Shown in pieces: positions 9,646 through 17,455 of a stretch of 27,070 bases of DNA. Under the pieces are notes generated by a model, which saw only the letters and a list, made by a program, of their open reading frames with translations, ran no database searches and had not been told where the DNA came from. The DNA is from a virus. Taxonomy: Duplodnaviria > Caudoviricetes. The position numbers and the translations under genes are program-made. The DNA lies in IMG/VR virus record IMGVR_UViG_3300020362_000096, positions 1 to 27,070 of that record. The stretch is one strand, 5' to 3'. Positions within the stretch are counted from its first letter, which is position 1. Each line of letters begins with the position of its first letter.

Positions 9646-9856
9646 CGCTAAGTACACAATAAGATCTCACATTTACTGCTAATTGTTTATATTTAAGGAA
9701 CATACAGTTATTGTTATAAAACACACATATATGTTTATTTTGATATTTAATTAATATGCGTAATTGTGTGTTAATTGTTGTTATTAACTGTAATTCTCTT
9801 AAATGTTACTTAGTGTCAAAAGTGTGAGACTTATTTGTATAACTGCGATCTACACA

Positions 9857-10069
9857 TTATGCGGTATTCTTATCAATTAGTACGCAATCTTTCCACTCAT
9901 TAGGAAATATTAAAACACAACATTTAGTAGTTTTGTATTTACTATTATTACAACTTACTGGTTTCTCACTAACACAAAAGGTAATGTAAGTATCACTAAT
10001 AAATTGTATTATTCCCACCATATTGTTATGTTTAATTGTTAATCCAACTTGAAAGTCTTTAAGTCTCAT
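9857..10069 (-). CDS. Hypothetical protein
   Basis: 70-aa ORF collinear with the early cluster. Confidence 0.7.
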   Translation of the reverse strand: MRLKDFQVGLTIKHNNMVGIIQFISDTYITFCVSEKPVSCNNSKYKTTKCCVLIFPNEWKDCVLIDKNTA

Positions 10070-10110
10070 TAACTTTTAGGGCGGTCGATTCTCGTTACTA
10101 TTTAATACTT

Positions 10111-10419
10111 TTAGCACTCAGTTATGCTCTCTAATTGTATATCAATTACATTAGAATCTTCATCAATTATATTAATTAGTGACCTTATTTGCTTAGTTCC
10201 GTAACCATTAATATAGAGTAAACAGTCCCCACTATCTAATACTTTATAAGATACAATTAGGTCATCTTGGGTATATGTTTCAGCGATAAGTTGCAACAAA
10301 TATTCTTCTTTACCGTAGTAATTATTAGATAAAAGTATTTCACACTCGGCAACATAACCACTAAAGAAATTGATATCTTTGCTTAGTTTGTCAATAGTTA
10401 ATGATGTTTTTCTGGGCAT
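10111..10419 (-). CDS. Hypothetical protein
   Basis: 102-aa ORF with ATG start, non-overlapping. Confidence 0.7.
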   Translation of the reverse strand: MPRKTSLTIDKLSKDINFFSGYVAECEILLSNNYYGKEEYLLQLIAETYTQDDLIVSYKVLDSGDCLLYINGYGTKQIRSLINIIDEDSNVIDIQLESITEC

Positions 10420-10449
10420 TGATTGTTAATTAATAAAGGACTAAGTATA

Positions 10450-10478
10450 AGAAAAAGGTAGTCTTAGACCAGACTACC
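10450..10478 (-). terminator. Rho-independent terminator
   Basis: Minus strand GGTAGTCT-GGTCTA-AGACTACC-TTTTTCTT: 8-bp stem plus U tract, overlapping the stop of 10464-10793. Confidence 0.75.
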
Positions 10479-10793
10479 ACTCACAAAATCGAAAGTTCTA
10501 CCTGCATAAGATATAAACCACTCGTAATTTTTTTGAAATACTCTTGTATGTGGTCTAAACTCACTAAGTAATGCATTTAACCTAGATTTAGTTGTATTAG
10601 ATTGCCAACCACCGTCATAAATTGCTACGAAATCATTATTTAAGGTCGCAATGTGGTTACCATGTAGTAATACTGTAACATTTCCATTATTAGGATTTTT
10701 GGTTACTGTAGTGTTTGAACCTGCCCAGTTAGTAGAACCACCTGATAAAAGTGATCTAATTGCCATGTTCATTTGCTTTTCAATTTGTCTCAT
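10464..10793 (-). CDS. Phage hypothetical protein
   Basis: LHGNHIA...DGGWQSNTTKSRLNAL...VFQKNYEWF resembles a recurrent cyanophage family. Confidence 0.8.
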   Translation of the reverse strand: MRQIEKQMNMAIRSLLSGGSTNWAGSNTTVTKNPNNGNVTVLLHGNHIATLNNDFVAIYDGGWQSNTTKSRLNALLSEFRPHTRVFQKNYEWFISYAGRTFDFVSGSLV

Positions 10794-10836
10794 GATAATA
10801 ATAAAAATAGAATGAATAGAATAAAAGGATTAAGGA

Positions 10837-11133
10837 TTAAGCGAAAGAGAAAAAAGGACTAGGATTTTCTTTAGTGTATCCGAATGAACTGAAAAACTCA
10901 TCTAGTAGAACTGGGCATAACTCTTGATTGAGTTCCCAGTCTGACCTACCAGTTTCGGGGTCAGTAATTCTTCTACCAGAATAGAGATCAACGCCACCTA
11001 TATGATTAACTTCCCAGTCAGTCAACTCATCACAAAAAACTTGAAAAGTCTCGGATAATTCTGCGATATCGTTGAATTTCTCAACTTCTTTGATTCTGTT
11101 GATTAGTCTGTTTGTAAGTTCGATATTGTACAT
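10837..11133 (-). CDS. Hypothetical acidic protein
   Basis: 98 aa, directly downstream of a promoter-like element. Confidence 0.75.
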   Translation of the reverse strand: MYNIELTNRLINRIKEVEKFNDIAELSETFQVFCDELTDWEVNHIGGVDLYSGRRITDPETGRSDWELNQELCPVLLDEFFSSFGYTKENPSPFFSFA

Positions 11134-11164
11134 AAAATAAAAAAATGAAGAATGAATGAATGTC

Positions 11165-11246
11165 TATAATATTAGTATGACACATTTTTTTGCAAAATGT
11201 GGATATTATCAGGATATTGAAACAATAGTTTACAATTAATCCTGAT
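11165..11246 (-). promoter_or_regulatory. Variant early promoter with two hairpins
   Basis: TGT-CATACT-AATATTATA -10 region. Inverted repeats at 11181-11201 and 11208-11246. Confidence 0.5.
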
Positions 11247-11415
11247 CGGTATATTCGCCATCAACTACCCTAGTTCCGTTTAGGGCATACCAAACAACCT
11301 GAGCATGACCAAATTGTTGGGCGAGGTCGTAACATAAACCCCAAGAATCATCAAGTGATGAAACAGACTCTTTAATGTTTGTGTTTGGAACTTCTACGAA
11401 ATATTCAGTAAGCAT
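11236..11415 (-). CDS. Hypothetical protein (59 aa)
   Basis: MLTEYFVEVPNTNIKESVSSLDDSWGLCYDLAQQFGHAQVVWYALNGTRVVDGEYTDQD, below the ORF track cutoff. Confidence 0.7.
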   Translation of the reverse strand: MLTEYFVEVPNTNIKESVSSLDDSWGLCYDLAQQFGHAQVVWYALNGTRVVDGEYTDQD

Positions 11416-11444
11416 ATAAAAATAAATTAATTGATTGATTGATT

Positions 11445-11510
11445 ATATACCTATATTAAATCATTTTTTTCCAAAGTGCGAGCAAAAATGGACGATTTAT
11501 TTATTGTCTG
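11445..11510 (-). promoter_or_regulatory. Early promoter cassette copy
   Basis: GACAATAAATAAATCGTCCA...TGA-TTTAAT-ATAGGTATA. Confidence 0.7.
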
Positions 11511-11517
11511 TTTTGAT

Positions 11518-11592
11518 TCTCAAATTTCTTGTATGAGTCTTAATATCGTAGTCATCATGTACGATAGTGAGACTCATACAATATTATTGAGA
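11518..11592. repeat. 75-bp imperfect inverted repeat
   Basis: TCTCAA..TTGTATGAGTCT-TAA-TATCGTA-[9-nt loop]-TACGATA-GTG-AGACTCATACAA..TTGAGA. Confidence 0.85.
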
Positions 11593-12027
11593 TTAGTGAA
11601 TCCTCCATACATCATCATTATCTGACCAGTAATAATCATGCCTTAAATTTGCTTCCCATGTAGCATCATAGTCAATTACTAACCAGTTCGGGATTGATTC
11701 ATCAATTAATTCATGTTGGTCAATAAAATCTTCTTTACTATCATAATTCCCTAGATAACAATCAACATCTATTGATGAGACATATTTGATACCGCCAATA
11801 CAGTCAATATATTCTTCTATAACTTCTTGCTCTCTACCGTAGGCATAAACATTGTTAACTAAGTAAATATAATCTTCAAAGTGATTAATATTTGATTCCC
11901 CGTAGGTATCAACAAAATCTAAAATTTCATCTAATCCATAATTTTGATAATCATCAACTAATTCATCAATAACTTTTACAGTTTCTGGATTTAATGTTTC
12001 TTGATAGTTTGCTTTTAATGTGACCAT
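11593..12027 (-). CDS. Acidic ArdA-like antirestriction (DNA-mimic) protein
   Basis: Very D/E-rich. C-terminal YLGNYDSKEDFID...IPNWLVIDYDATWEANLRHDY resembles the ArdA C-terminal domain. Confidence 0.6.
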   Translation of the reverse strand: MVTLKANYQETLNPETVKVIDELVDDYQNYGLDEILDFVDTYGESNINHFEDYIYLVNNVYAYGREQEVIEEYIDCIGGIKYVSSIDVDCYLGNYDSKEDFIDQHELIDESIPNWLVIDYDATWEANLRHDYYWSDNDDVWRIH

Positions 12028-12057
12028 GAAATTTAAAAAAGTTGGATTGAAATTTGC

Positions 12058-12125
12058 TTATAATCTATTATTACATATTTTTCTGAAAATAAAACCGTCT
12101 AGTGTGACAATATTATTTCCGTCAC
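12058..12125 (-). promoter_or_regulatory. Early promoter cassette copy
   Basis: GTGAC-N12-GTCAC...TGT-AATAAT-AGATTATA. Confidence 0.75.
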
Positions 12126-12400
12126 TATGAGAAGTTGTTTTTTTGCTCCCAGTACATAGAATTAAATTCAGCAATATTAAAATAATCATCACAATGATAT
12201 TTTATATTTTCGTCAGGTGTTGTTCCCTCCACCATAAAAATGAACTCTTCACAAAAATGTTGAACTCTAGCAAGTTTTAACTTGTCAATCGCTTTAAGCA
12301 TTTCTTCAATTTCTTCATCATTCATACCGCAATGTTCGATACAAAATTTGAGATTTGCCATTGTACCTTCAAGGTGTTTAGGTAGTTTATTTTTCTTCAT
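12125..12400 (-). CDS. Hypothetical protein
   Basis: 91-aa ORF with FCEEFIF motif. Confidence 0.75.
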   Translation of the reverse strand: MKKNKLPKHLEGTMANLKFCIEHCGMNDEEIEEMLKAIDKLKLARVQHFCEEFIFMVEGTTPDENIKYHCDDYFNIAEFNSMYWEQKNNFS

Positions 12401-12518
12401 TTGAGTTAGGGAATAGGTTTTCTAAGATTTGTTCGGATAATTGTCTTTGCTCTCTATCCATGAGAACATGATAATACTTAAGAGAGTCGTAAATCAACTC
12501 ATATTCTTTTCTGTTCAT
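12387..12518 (-). CDS. Hypothetical protein (43 aa)
   Basis: MNRKEYELIYDSLKYYHVLMDREQRQLSEQILENLFPNSNEEK, TAATG-coupled. Confidence 0.65.
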   Translation of the reverse strand: MNRKEYELIYDSLKYYHVLMDREQRQLSEQILENLFPNSNEEK

Positions 12519-12814
12519 TAGATCGCACCTCCATACATTTGTTTGTCAAAATCAAACACACTTACTAAAATGTCTCTGACTCTCTCTCTATCTAAACTAT
12601 CGCCACCGCCATATGTGAACGGCACTTGATCGTTTTTTCTTCTTTTGTATTCTTTCATCAACAAATCAATCGCTAATAAAATTTCATACTTAGTCACTAA
12701 CTGATTTGTTTTCTCATGTTTCATAGGATATAAAGCATCACTTGATCCATAAAAAGAAAACACATAGTCGGCAAATTCAAGAATTTCCGCACTTATTCGA
12801 TCTGTTTGGTTCAT
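12518..12814 (-). CDS. Hypothetical protein
   Basis: Likely start MNQTD at 12814, because the upstream extension is a promoter cassette. Contains YVFSFYG and GDSLDRERVRD motifs. Confidence 0.75.
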   Translation of the reverse strand: MNQTDRISAEILEFADYVFSFYGSSDALYPMKHEKTNQLVTKYEILLAIDLLMKEYKRRKNDQVPFTYGGGDSLDRERVRDILVSVFDFDKQMYGGAI

Positions 12815-12829
12815 AAAATTTGGGTTTGC

Positions 12830-12895
12830 TATACCTCTATTATAATAGTTAGACCAAGTGAATGGGAAATTAGTGGACGGAATTTTCATTGGCAT
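12830..12895 (-). promoter_or_regulatory. Early promoter cassette copy
   Basis: ATGCCAATGAAAATTCCGTCCAC...TATAAT-AGAGGTATA. Confidence 0.75.
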
Positions 12896-13062
12896 AAGTC
12901 CTCAAATTTTCTTCTTGCAGATTTCTCAAGTGCCAATATCACTCCTTTATGTGTGGATATCTCAGCAAACATATCTGAAGTCAATTTGTTTGCTTTACAA
13001 AAATCCTCGACTGCTTCGTCAAAACAACTTTCTAATAACATTTCATTTTGTAAACAACTCAT
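12886..13062 (-). CDS. Hypothetical protein (58 aa)
   Basis: MSCLQNEMLLESCFDEAVEDFCKANK...RRKFEDLCQ, preceded by AGGAGG. Confidence 0.75.
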   Translation of the reverse strand: MSCLQNEMLLESCFDEAVEDFCKANKLTSDMFAEISTHKGVILALEKSARRKFEDLCQ

Positions 13063-13202
13063 TTTTTAATCCTCCTTTTTGATAACATTAATTCGTTGTA
13101 TGCAGATTCAATTAAATCCTCTATCTCTTTACCAGTCATAACCATGTTGTTAAATTCTGGTAATTTGTATAATTTGTTTTGGTCAAGTACTTTCTTAGTC
13201 AT
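13059..13202 (-). CDS. Hypothetical protein (47 aa)
   Basis: MTKKVLDQNKLYKLPEFNN..., GGAGG SD, overlap-coupled at both ends. Confidence 0.65.
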   Translation of the reverse strand: MTKKVLDQNKLYKLPEFNNMVMTGKEIEDLIESAYNELMLSKRRIKK

Positions 13203-13354
13203 TAGTTAGAACCTCCATTGTTAAAAAACTTATCTGAAAGACTCTCGTATGCTTTTTGATCTATATGACTAGGTAAACCTATGTCATCAAAGTATTGTAA
13301 CATATCTAACATTACTTGATCTTCATCAGTTGTAAATTGGTATTTAAAAATCAC
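13202..13354 (-). CDS. Hypothetical protein (50 aa)
   Basis: GTG start overlapping the upstream TGA, GGAG SD. MIFKYQFTTDEDQVMLDMLQYFDDIGLPSHIDQKAYESLSDKFF. Confidence 0.65.
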   Translation of the reverse strand: MIFKYQFTTDEDQVMLDMLQYFDDIGLPSHIDQKAYESLSDKFFNNGGSN

Positions 13355-13542
13355 TTTGCGAACTCCGTAAAATAAGGTGTTTTGTATGCATCAGGGTTTT
13401 GACTGGGGAATTGATGTAATCTCTGAACTTGCTCTACTGCAACAATGTAACCAGTCTTATTGAAATAGTCATCAGCAATGATGCAAGCGTGTTTGTAGTC
13501 AGTTGTAAATTGAACTGGACTTGTGTAGATGATGTACTTCAA
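13351..13542 (-). CDS. Hypothetical protein
   Basis: TTG start with AGGAG SD, right after a promoter cassette. Confidence 0.7.
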   Translation of the reverse strand: MKYIIYTSPVQFTTDYKHACIIADDYFNKTGYIVAVEQVQRLHQFPSQNPDAYKTPYFTEFAK

Positions 13543-13560
13543 ATAAAACTCCTGTTTGTT

Positions 13561-13625
13561 TATACTACTATTATAATCGCAAATGGTTGAAATTTAAACA
13601 AAAAGTGGACAGAGTTTTAATTGTC
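13561..13625 (-). promoter_or_regulatory. Early promoter cassette copy
   Basis: GGACAATTAAAACTCTGTCCAC-29 nt-TATAAT-AGTAGTATA. Confidence 0.8.
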
Positions 13626-13805
13626 CTAGTATCCTTTAATTCCTCCATCACCATAAACTTCTTCCATTAGAATGTCATATAATTCTTTGATACCGTCAAC
13701 ATCAAAGAATTTATCAGTAAGTTCATCAAGTATCTTTGCCTGAGCATCATGATCGTAATTTTTACTCAAGTCTCTGATTTGTTTGATATAATAATTTCTG
13801 TTCAT
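13626..13805 (-). CDS. Hypothetical protein
   Basis: Start MNRNY at 13805 (TAATG coupling). Confidence 0.7.
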   Translation of the reverse strand: MNRNYYIKQIRDLSKNYDHDAQAKILDELTDKFFDVDGIKELYDILMEEVYGDGGIKGY

Positions 13806-14119
13806 TAGTCTAACCACTCCACATTAATAGTAATTTCATTTGGTGTTAAATCTCTATCGAAAATGAATAAATGCTCATCATCAGTAATTCTATTTGAAAA
13901 TGTCTTTTTAATCTCATCAACATTTTCGATTAGATATAAAGGTATGAATGGCATAAAATTCTGGACTACTTCATCAAGTGTAATAGAGAATTTACCAGTT
14001 GCATATAACATATCAGATAAGTCATCTTGTAATCCGATTAACAAGTCTCTATCTTCTTGGATATAATCCATGAGTTTCTCTCTTGAGATTTTTGCTTTTA
14101 ACATAGTTCTAAGTTTCAT
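13805..14119 (-). CDS. Hypothetical protein
   Basis: 104 aa, overlap-coupled. Confidence 0.75.
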   Translation of the reverse strand: MKLRTMLKAKISREKLMDYIQEDRDLLIGLQDDLSDMLYATGKFSITLDEVVQNFMPFIPLYLIENVDEIKKTFSNRITDDEHLFIFDRDLTPNEITINVEWLD

Positions 14120-14355
14120 AAGAATGATGTAAGTCTGTGTGGTTTATTATCTTCAAATGAGATAGAATTTAATCTGCAACCTAGATATTTCTCTATCTTT
14201 ACCCATAGGTCATTATGCAATTCATCATTATTATTACCTTCCCCATACCAAATGCCATAAGCATTATCAACTTTGAAATCCAAATCCTCGATTTGTTTTT
14301 CTGTTTTTAAATACTTATCGTATTCAATGTTAGTGACGATAAATGATTTGTTCAT
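14116..14355 (-). CDS. Hypothetical protein
   Basis: 79 aa, GAGG SD. F.VT.IEYD...G.W pattern shared with 15036-15242. Confidence 0.75.
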   Translation of the reverse strand: MNKSFIVTNIEYDKYLKTEKQIEDLDFKVDNAYGIWYGEGNNNDELHNDLWVKIEKYLGCRLNSISFEDNKPHRLTSFL

Positions 14356-14369
14356 AAAACCTCGATTGC

Positions 14370-14436
14370 TATACTACCATTATAGTCGCAAATGTTGAAA
14401 ATTTAAACGATTAATGGACAGAGTTTATACTGTCAC
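14370..14436 (-). promoter_or_regulatory. Early promoter cassette copy
   Basis: GTGACAGTATAAACTCTGTCCAT...TATAAT-GGTAGTATA. Confidence 0.8.
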
Positions 14437-14656
14437 ATTTAAATTTAATCTTACCTTCAGATTTGTTAATGTCAAAACAAATCTCACACATACAATCTAC
14501 TTTAGGAAAATGTCCTCGCCAATCGTAATCCTCGATAGCAAAATCTCCGTCCCAATAATAATAAAGATTAGGTTGATAATCTGGCAATGCTCTAATAGAC
14601 GGTTCTCCGTCAGTATGTTCATCATCAAAGTTGCCACAAACATCACATAATGCCAT
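14411..14656 (-). CDS. Small CxxC...CxxC (possible Zn-binding) protein
   Basis: CDVC at the N-terminus and CMCEIC later. GGAG SD. Confidence 0.7.
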   Translation of the reverse strand: MALCDVCGNFDDEHTDGEPSIRALPDYQPNLYYYWDGDFAIEDYDWRGHFPKVDCMCEICFDINKSEGKIKFKCDSINSVH

Positions 14657-14659
14657 TAG

Positions 14660-14830
14660 TTAAAACTCCATAGGATAGCGAACTTCTTTTTCAACTGCAT
14701 CTTTCATGACATCATACATTATAAATGCAGGGTCGGATAAATCGTCACAATACTTAAGTGTGTCAATTACCATTTCCATAAGTTTGATAATTTGTTTTTC
14801 TCTTGGTGTTGTTTTGTACTTAGTTGCCAT
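14660..14830 (-). CDS. Hypothetical protein (56 aa)
   Basis: MATKYKTTPREKQIIKLMEMVIDTLKYCDDL..., AGGAG SD. Confidence 0.7.
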   Translation of the reverse strand: MATKYKTTPREKQIIKLMEMVIDTLKYCDDLSDPAFIMYDVMKDAVEKEVRYPMEF

Positions 14831-14915
14831 TAGTTTTGTTCTCCTGTAATTGCTTTGCTTTTTTCATTAAATCATAATACTCTGTGTATTCTGATTTTTC
14901 CCATGCTTTAGTCAT
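14820..14915 (-). CDS. Hypothetical peptide (31 aa)
   Basis: MTKAWEKSEYTEYYDLMKKAKQLQENKTNGN, fills the gap with short overlaps. Confidence 0.5.
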   Translation of the reverse strand: MTKAWEKSEYTEYYDLMKKAKQLQENKTNGN

Positions 14916-15039
14916 TTAAAATTGTCCAGTAATTATCGTATGAGAATATGATACCATCAACTTCAACATCATAGGGATAGAATCCGAATGTATTGTAATG
15001 ATCTGAAACATACTCTTGAATTAATTGTTTTGTACTCAT
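14908..15039 (-). CDS. Hypothetical protein (43 aa)
   Basis: MSTKQLIQEYVSDHYNTFGFYPYDVEVDGIIFSYDNYWTILND, ATGA-coupled. Confidence 0.7.
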   Translation of the reverse strand: MSTKQLIQEYVSDHYNTFGFYPYDVEVDGIIFSYDNYWTILND

Positions 15040-15242
15040 TTTAATTGAATCTCATAATCAATAGATTTGATGCACCAACCACTTGCTGCTGTGATTTCTT
15101 CAACTAGATCATCTTCACTATCTGCTTCCCAAACACCTAGTGCTAAATCTCTAAGTTCAATTTCTTCATCAAATGTGAGTTTAAATCCGTTGGCATAATC
15201 GTCATCAAAATCAAACTCAACTTCAGTTACATTGAATTTCAT
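15036..15242 (-). CDS. Acidic hypothetical protein
   Basis: GVWEADSEDDLVEEITAASGWCIKSIDY resembles a recurrent cyanophage family. Confidence 0.8.
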   Translation of the reverse strand: MKFNVTEVEFDFDDDYANGFKLTFDEEIELRDLALGVWEADSEDDLVEEITAASGWCIKSIDYEIQLK

Positions 15243-15502
15243 GAACTTGTTTCCTCTAAAACTAGAACTCTGTAAATGTTCAATAGTTTATTAAGGTTGA
15301 CTCCTTCCATGTCAGTCCAGTTACCAACATAATCTAACTGACTCTCATCATATCCACCTGATACTAAACTAGGTGCGGATATGAACTCAAATTGACTATC
15401 AATAAAGAAATGCCTACCAAAATAATCTGACTCAAAACTTTGTACTGGTAAAAACTTACCATTTGGGTCGTTATTGAATTTTTGGAAATCATAAGTTCTC
15501 AT
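15239..15502 (-). CDS. Hypothetical protein
   Basis: 87 aa, downstream of a cassette. Confidence 0.75.
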   Translation of the reverse strand: MRTYDFQKFNNDPNGKFLPVQSFESDYFGRHFFIDSQFEFISAPSLVSGGYDESQLDYVGNWTDMEGVNLNKLLNIYRVLVLEETSS

Positions 15503-15518
15503 GTTACCTTTTTTTTGT

Positions 15519-15583
15519 TATACTCTATTATTGCATATTTCAAATGCAAAAACTATGGTTAGTGGTCAGTTTGATAACTGTTC
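15519..15583 (-). promoter_or_regulatory. Early promoter cassette copy
   Basis: GAACAGTTATCAAACTGACCAC...TGC-AATAAT-AGAGTATA. Confidence 0.75.
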
Positions 15584-15721
15584 TTCTTGCCTATCCCAAA
15601 ATAATTTGAATAATTTAGAATGTATCTGATCTAATTCTGGATTAATGGGAACTCTACTAGAAACATAGTAGTATAAACTCTTTAACTGTTTATCAGTTAG
15701 TTTTAATCTGTTAATCTTCAC
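15566..15721 (-). CDS. Hypothetical protein (51 aa)
   Basis: GTG start with GGAGG SD. MKINRLKLTDKQLKSLYYYV... Confidence 0.6.
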   Translation of the reverse strand: MKINRLKLTDKQLKSLYYYVSSRVPINPELDQIHSKLFKLFWDRQEEQLSN

Positions 15722-15884
15722 TATGATCTACCTCCAAAGAATCAATAAAGTCAACACAATACTGAGTGAATTTCTTTACATCAATAGGTGCAACTTTGTC
15801 ATCTTCTTCTCCAATATAATAAAATTGGTTGTTGATATTTGAAATCAATGTTTCAAGTGCAATTTCGTTTTTGGTGTAACTCAT
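15711..15884 (-). CDS. Hypothetical protein
   Basis: Start MSYTK at 15884 (TAATG coupling). Confidence 0.7.
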   Translation of the reverse strand: MSYTKNEIALETLISNINNQFYYIGEEDDKVAPIDVKKFTQYCVDFIDSLEVDHSED

Positions 15885-16153
15885 TAATCCCACTCCATAG
15901 TTGGTTGATTTTCTCCTTTGATATCTGATATGATATTTGGAAGTTCATCTTCCCAGTAGTCTCTTGCTTCATCAAGAAATTCATTATCAGGTAATTTATC
16001 AAAATACCCGCAATAGTCATCAAATACAAATTGAACTAAATCTTCGTATGACATTTGACTAGCAATTCTATCTGCTAAGTGGCATCTAAGTCTGTCTAAC
16101 TCATTCTGAGTCATGCCAGTTTTTTCTAATTTAAGATGATCGTTTGCGTTCAT
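15884..16153 (-). CDS. Hypothetical acidic protein
   Basis: 89 aa, overlap-coupled. Confidence 0.75.
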   Translation of the reverse strand: MNANDHLKLEKTGMTQNELDRLRCHLADRIASQMSYEDLVQFVFDDYCGYFDKLPDNEFLDEARDYWEDELPNIISDIKGENQPTMEWD

Positions 16154-16281
16154 GAGTTCTCCAAAAATTTTTCAAATACTGACTCCTGTAATTCAGTCAG
16201 TTCAAAATCCATATCTCTGAGTATATCATATAATTTGATAAACTCATATCTCTCATCATGAGTTACTGGTATTGGATTCAT
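16150..16281 (-). CDS. Hypothetical protein (43 aa)
   Basis: MNPIPVTHDERYEFIKLYDILRDMDFELTELQESVFEKFLENS, ATGA overlaps at both ends. Confidence 0.7.
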   Translation of the reverse strand: MNPIPVTHDERYEFIKLYDILRDMDFELTELQESVFEKFLENS

Positions 16282-16463
16282 GAGTTTCTCCCCTCTACTA
16301 AAAGTAACATTAATTCGTTGTACTGATAAGTTTCGTATGCTCTCTTATCTTCTGGTATGAAATCTTGCCAGTCTGTACCCTCGATTTTGTAGGATAGTTG
16401 ACCATCTTCAACTTCATACTCAAATGTTGTTCCGTCTATTTTTGATGTGTATTCTTTTATCAT
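16278..16463 (-). CDS. Hypothetical protein
   Basis: 61 aa, ATGA-coupled. Confidence 0.7.
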   Translation of the reverse strand: MIKEYTSKIDGTTFEYEVEDGQLSYKIEGTDWQDFIPEDKRAYETYQYNELMLLLVEGRNS

Positions 16464-16645
16464 GTGTTTTGATTAATAATGTCCCATGTTGAAATAAATG
16501 ACTCTAACCATGTGACTTGCATTAGAGTTAATTTGTCTTTAGTGTCAGCACCATAGAGTAGGTCATCAGCACTAAGTCTAGGTAGTTTTTGTTTCTTACA
16601 CCAGTCTGTGTAAACATCAGTAAGAAATAACATTTCTTTTGGCAT
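16460..16645 (-). CDS. Hypothetical protein
   Basis: Start MPKEM at 16645 (TAATG coupling, GGAG SD). Confidence 0.7.
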   Translation of the reverse strand: MPKEMLFLTDVYTDWCKKQKLPRLSADDLLYGADTKDKLTLMQVTWLESFISTWDIINQNT

Positions 16646-16809
16646 TATGCTAACTCCAAATCTGATAGGAAACATTCTACTGTTTGCATTTCATACTCTA
16701 CAACATCAGTCATAATGACTGCATAGTTGTTAAGTGGTTGATAAACTACAACATGACCAGTTAGATCATCATGTATTTTTGATTTGACATTTGAACCTAG
16801 TTTAATCAT
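16645..16809 (-). CDS. Hypothetical protein (54 aa)
   Basis: MIKLGSNVKSKIHDDLTGHVVVYQP...ECFLSDLELA, SH3-like pattern, first gene after a cassette. Confidence 0.7.
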   Translation of the reverse strand: MIKLGSNVKSKIHDDLTGHVVVYQPLNNYAVIMTDVVEYEMQTVECFLSDLELA

Positions 16810-16824
16810 TTGACCTTTGTTTGC

Positions 16825-16890
16825 TATACTACTATTATAAAATAAAACTGTCCAAAATTAAACAAATAATGGACAGTAATTAAATTGGTT
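16825..16890 (-). promoter_or_regulatory. Early promoter cassette copy
   Basis: AACCAATTTAATTACTGTCCAT...TATAAT-AGTAGTATA, with an extra ACTGTCCA/TGGACAGT inverted repeat. Confidence 0.8.
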
Positions 16891-17357
16891 TATAGGTATC
16901 CTGCTACCTCCATGCCTTCTTCATCATAGAACCATGATATACTAACATCAGGGAACATTTCTCTTAACTTATGGCATATTGACTCAGGTGGACTCCATGC
17001 TGTATTGAAATTGATTTCTAGCATATCTTCTTCTGCTTCAATATCTACTGAATTGGTAATATCCCATTTTGTGTCCCAGTTTGCGATATTCCAGTCATAC
17101 CATCTTGAATCTTGCTTTCCACTCTTAGGGAACTCAGTTGTTACAAATGATACTGTGCCATCAGGTTGTTTATGCTCTACTACTTTTGGTAACTCTCCAT
17201 CTTCATTTGGAATATTTGCCCAGTCTGGACTAGGTATGATTTTACCAAAAACTGTATCTTTAGATTCAAAAATTTCTTTGATACGATTTAATTGGTCGGT
17301 TTCTGTGTCTGACATACCAGACCATACTCTAACTCTATTTTTGCACCAATTTGGCAT
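16890..17357 (-). CDS. DUF1281/YubB ferredoxin-like fold protein
   Basis: MPNWCKN...WYDWNIANWDTKWD...FNTAWSPP signature. AAGGAG SD. Confidence 0.8.
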   Translation of the reverse strand: MPNWCKNRVRVWSGMSDTETDQLNRIKEIFESKDTVFGKIIPSPDWANIPNEDGELPKVVEHKQPDGTVSFVTTEFPKSGKQDSRWYDWNIANWDTKWDITNSVDIEAEEDMLEINFNTAWSPPESICHKLREMFPDVSISWFYDEEGMEVAGYL

Positions 17358-17455
17358 TTGAAAAACTCCTTTAATAAAATGAGGGCGGTAAGGCGGTGGC
17401 GTGTTGCATTACTTACGCTTTAATGATAACAATAAAACCTAGTCAACCCTCTGAC

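Noticed and set aside
10078-10085. AGGGCGGT shared with 17382-17389
   Set aside because: An 8-bp match with no shared context, probably chance.
12815-12895. N-terminal extension MPMKIPST... of ORF 12518-12895
   Set aside because: It coincides with a promoter cassette, so the real start is more likely 12814.
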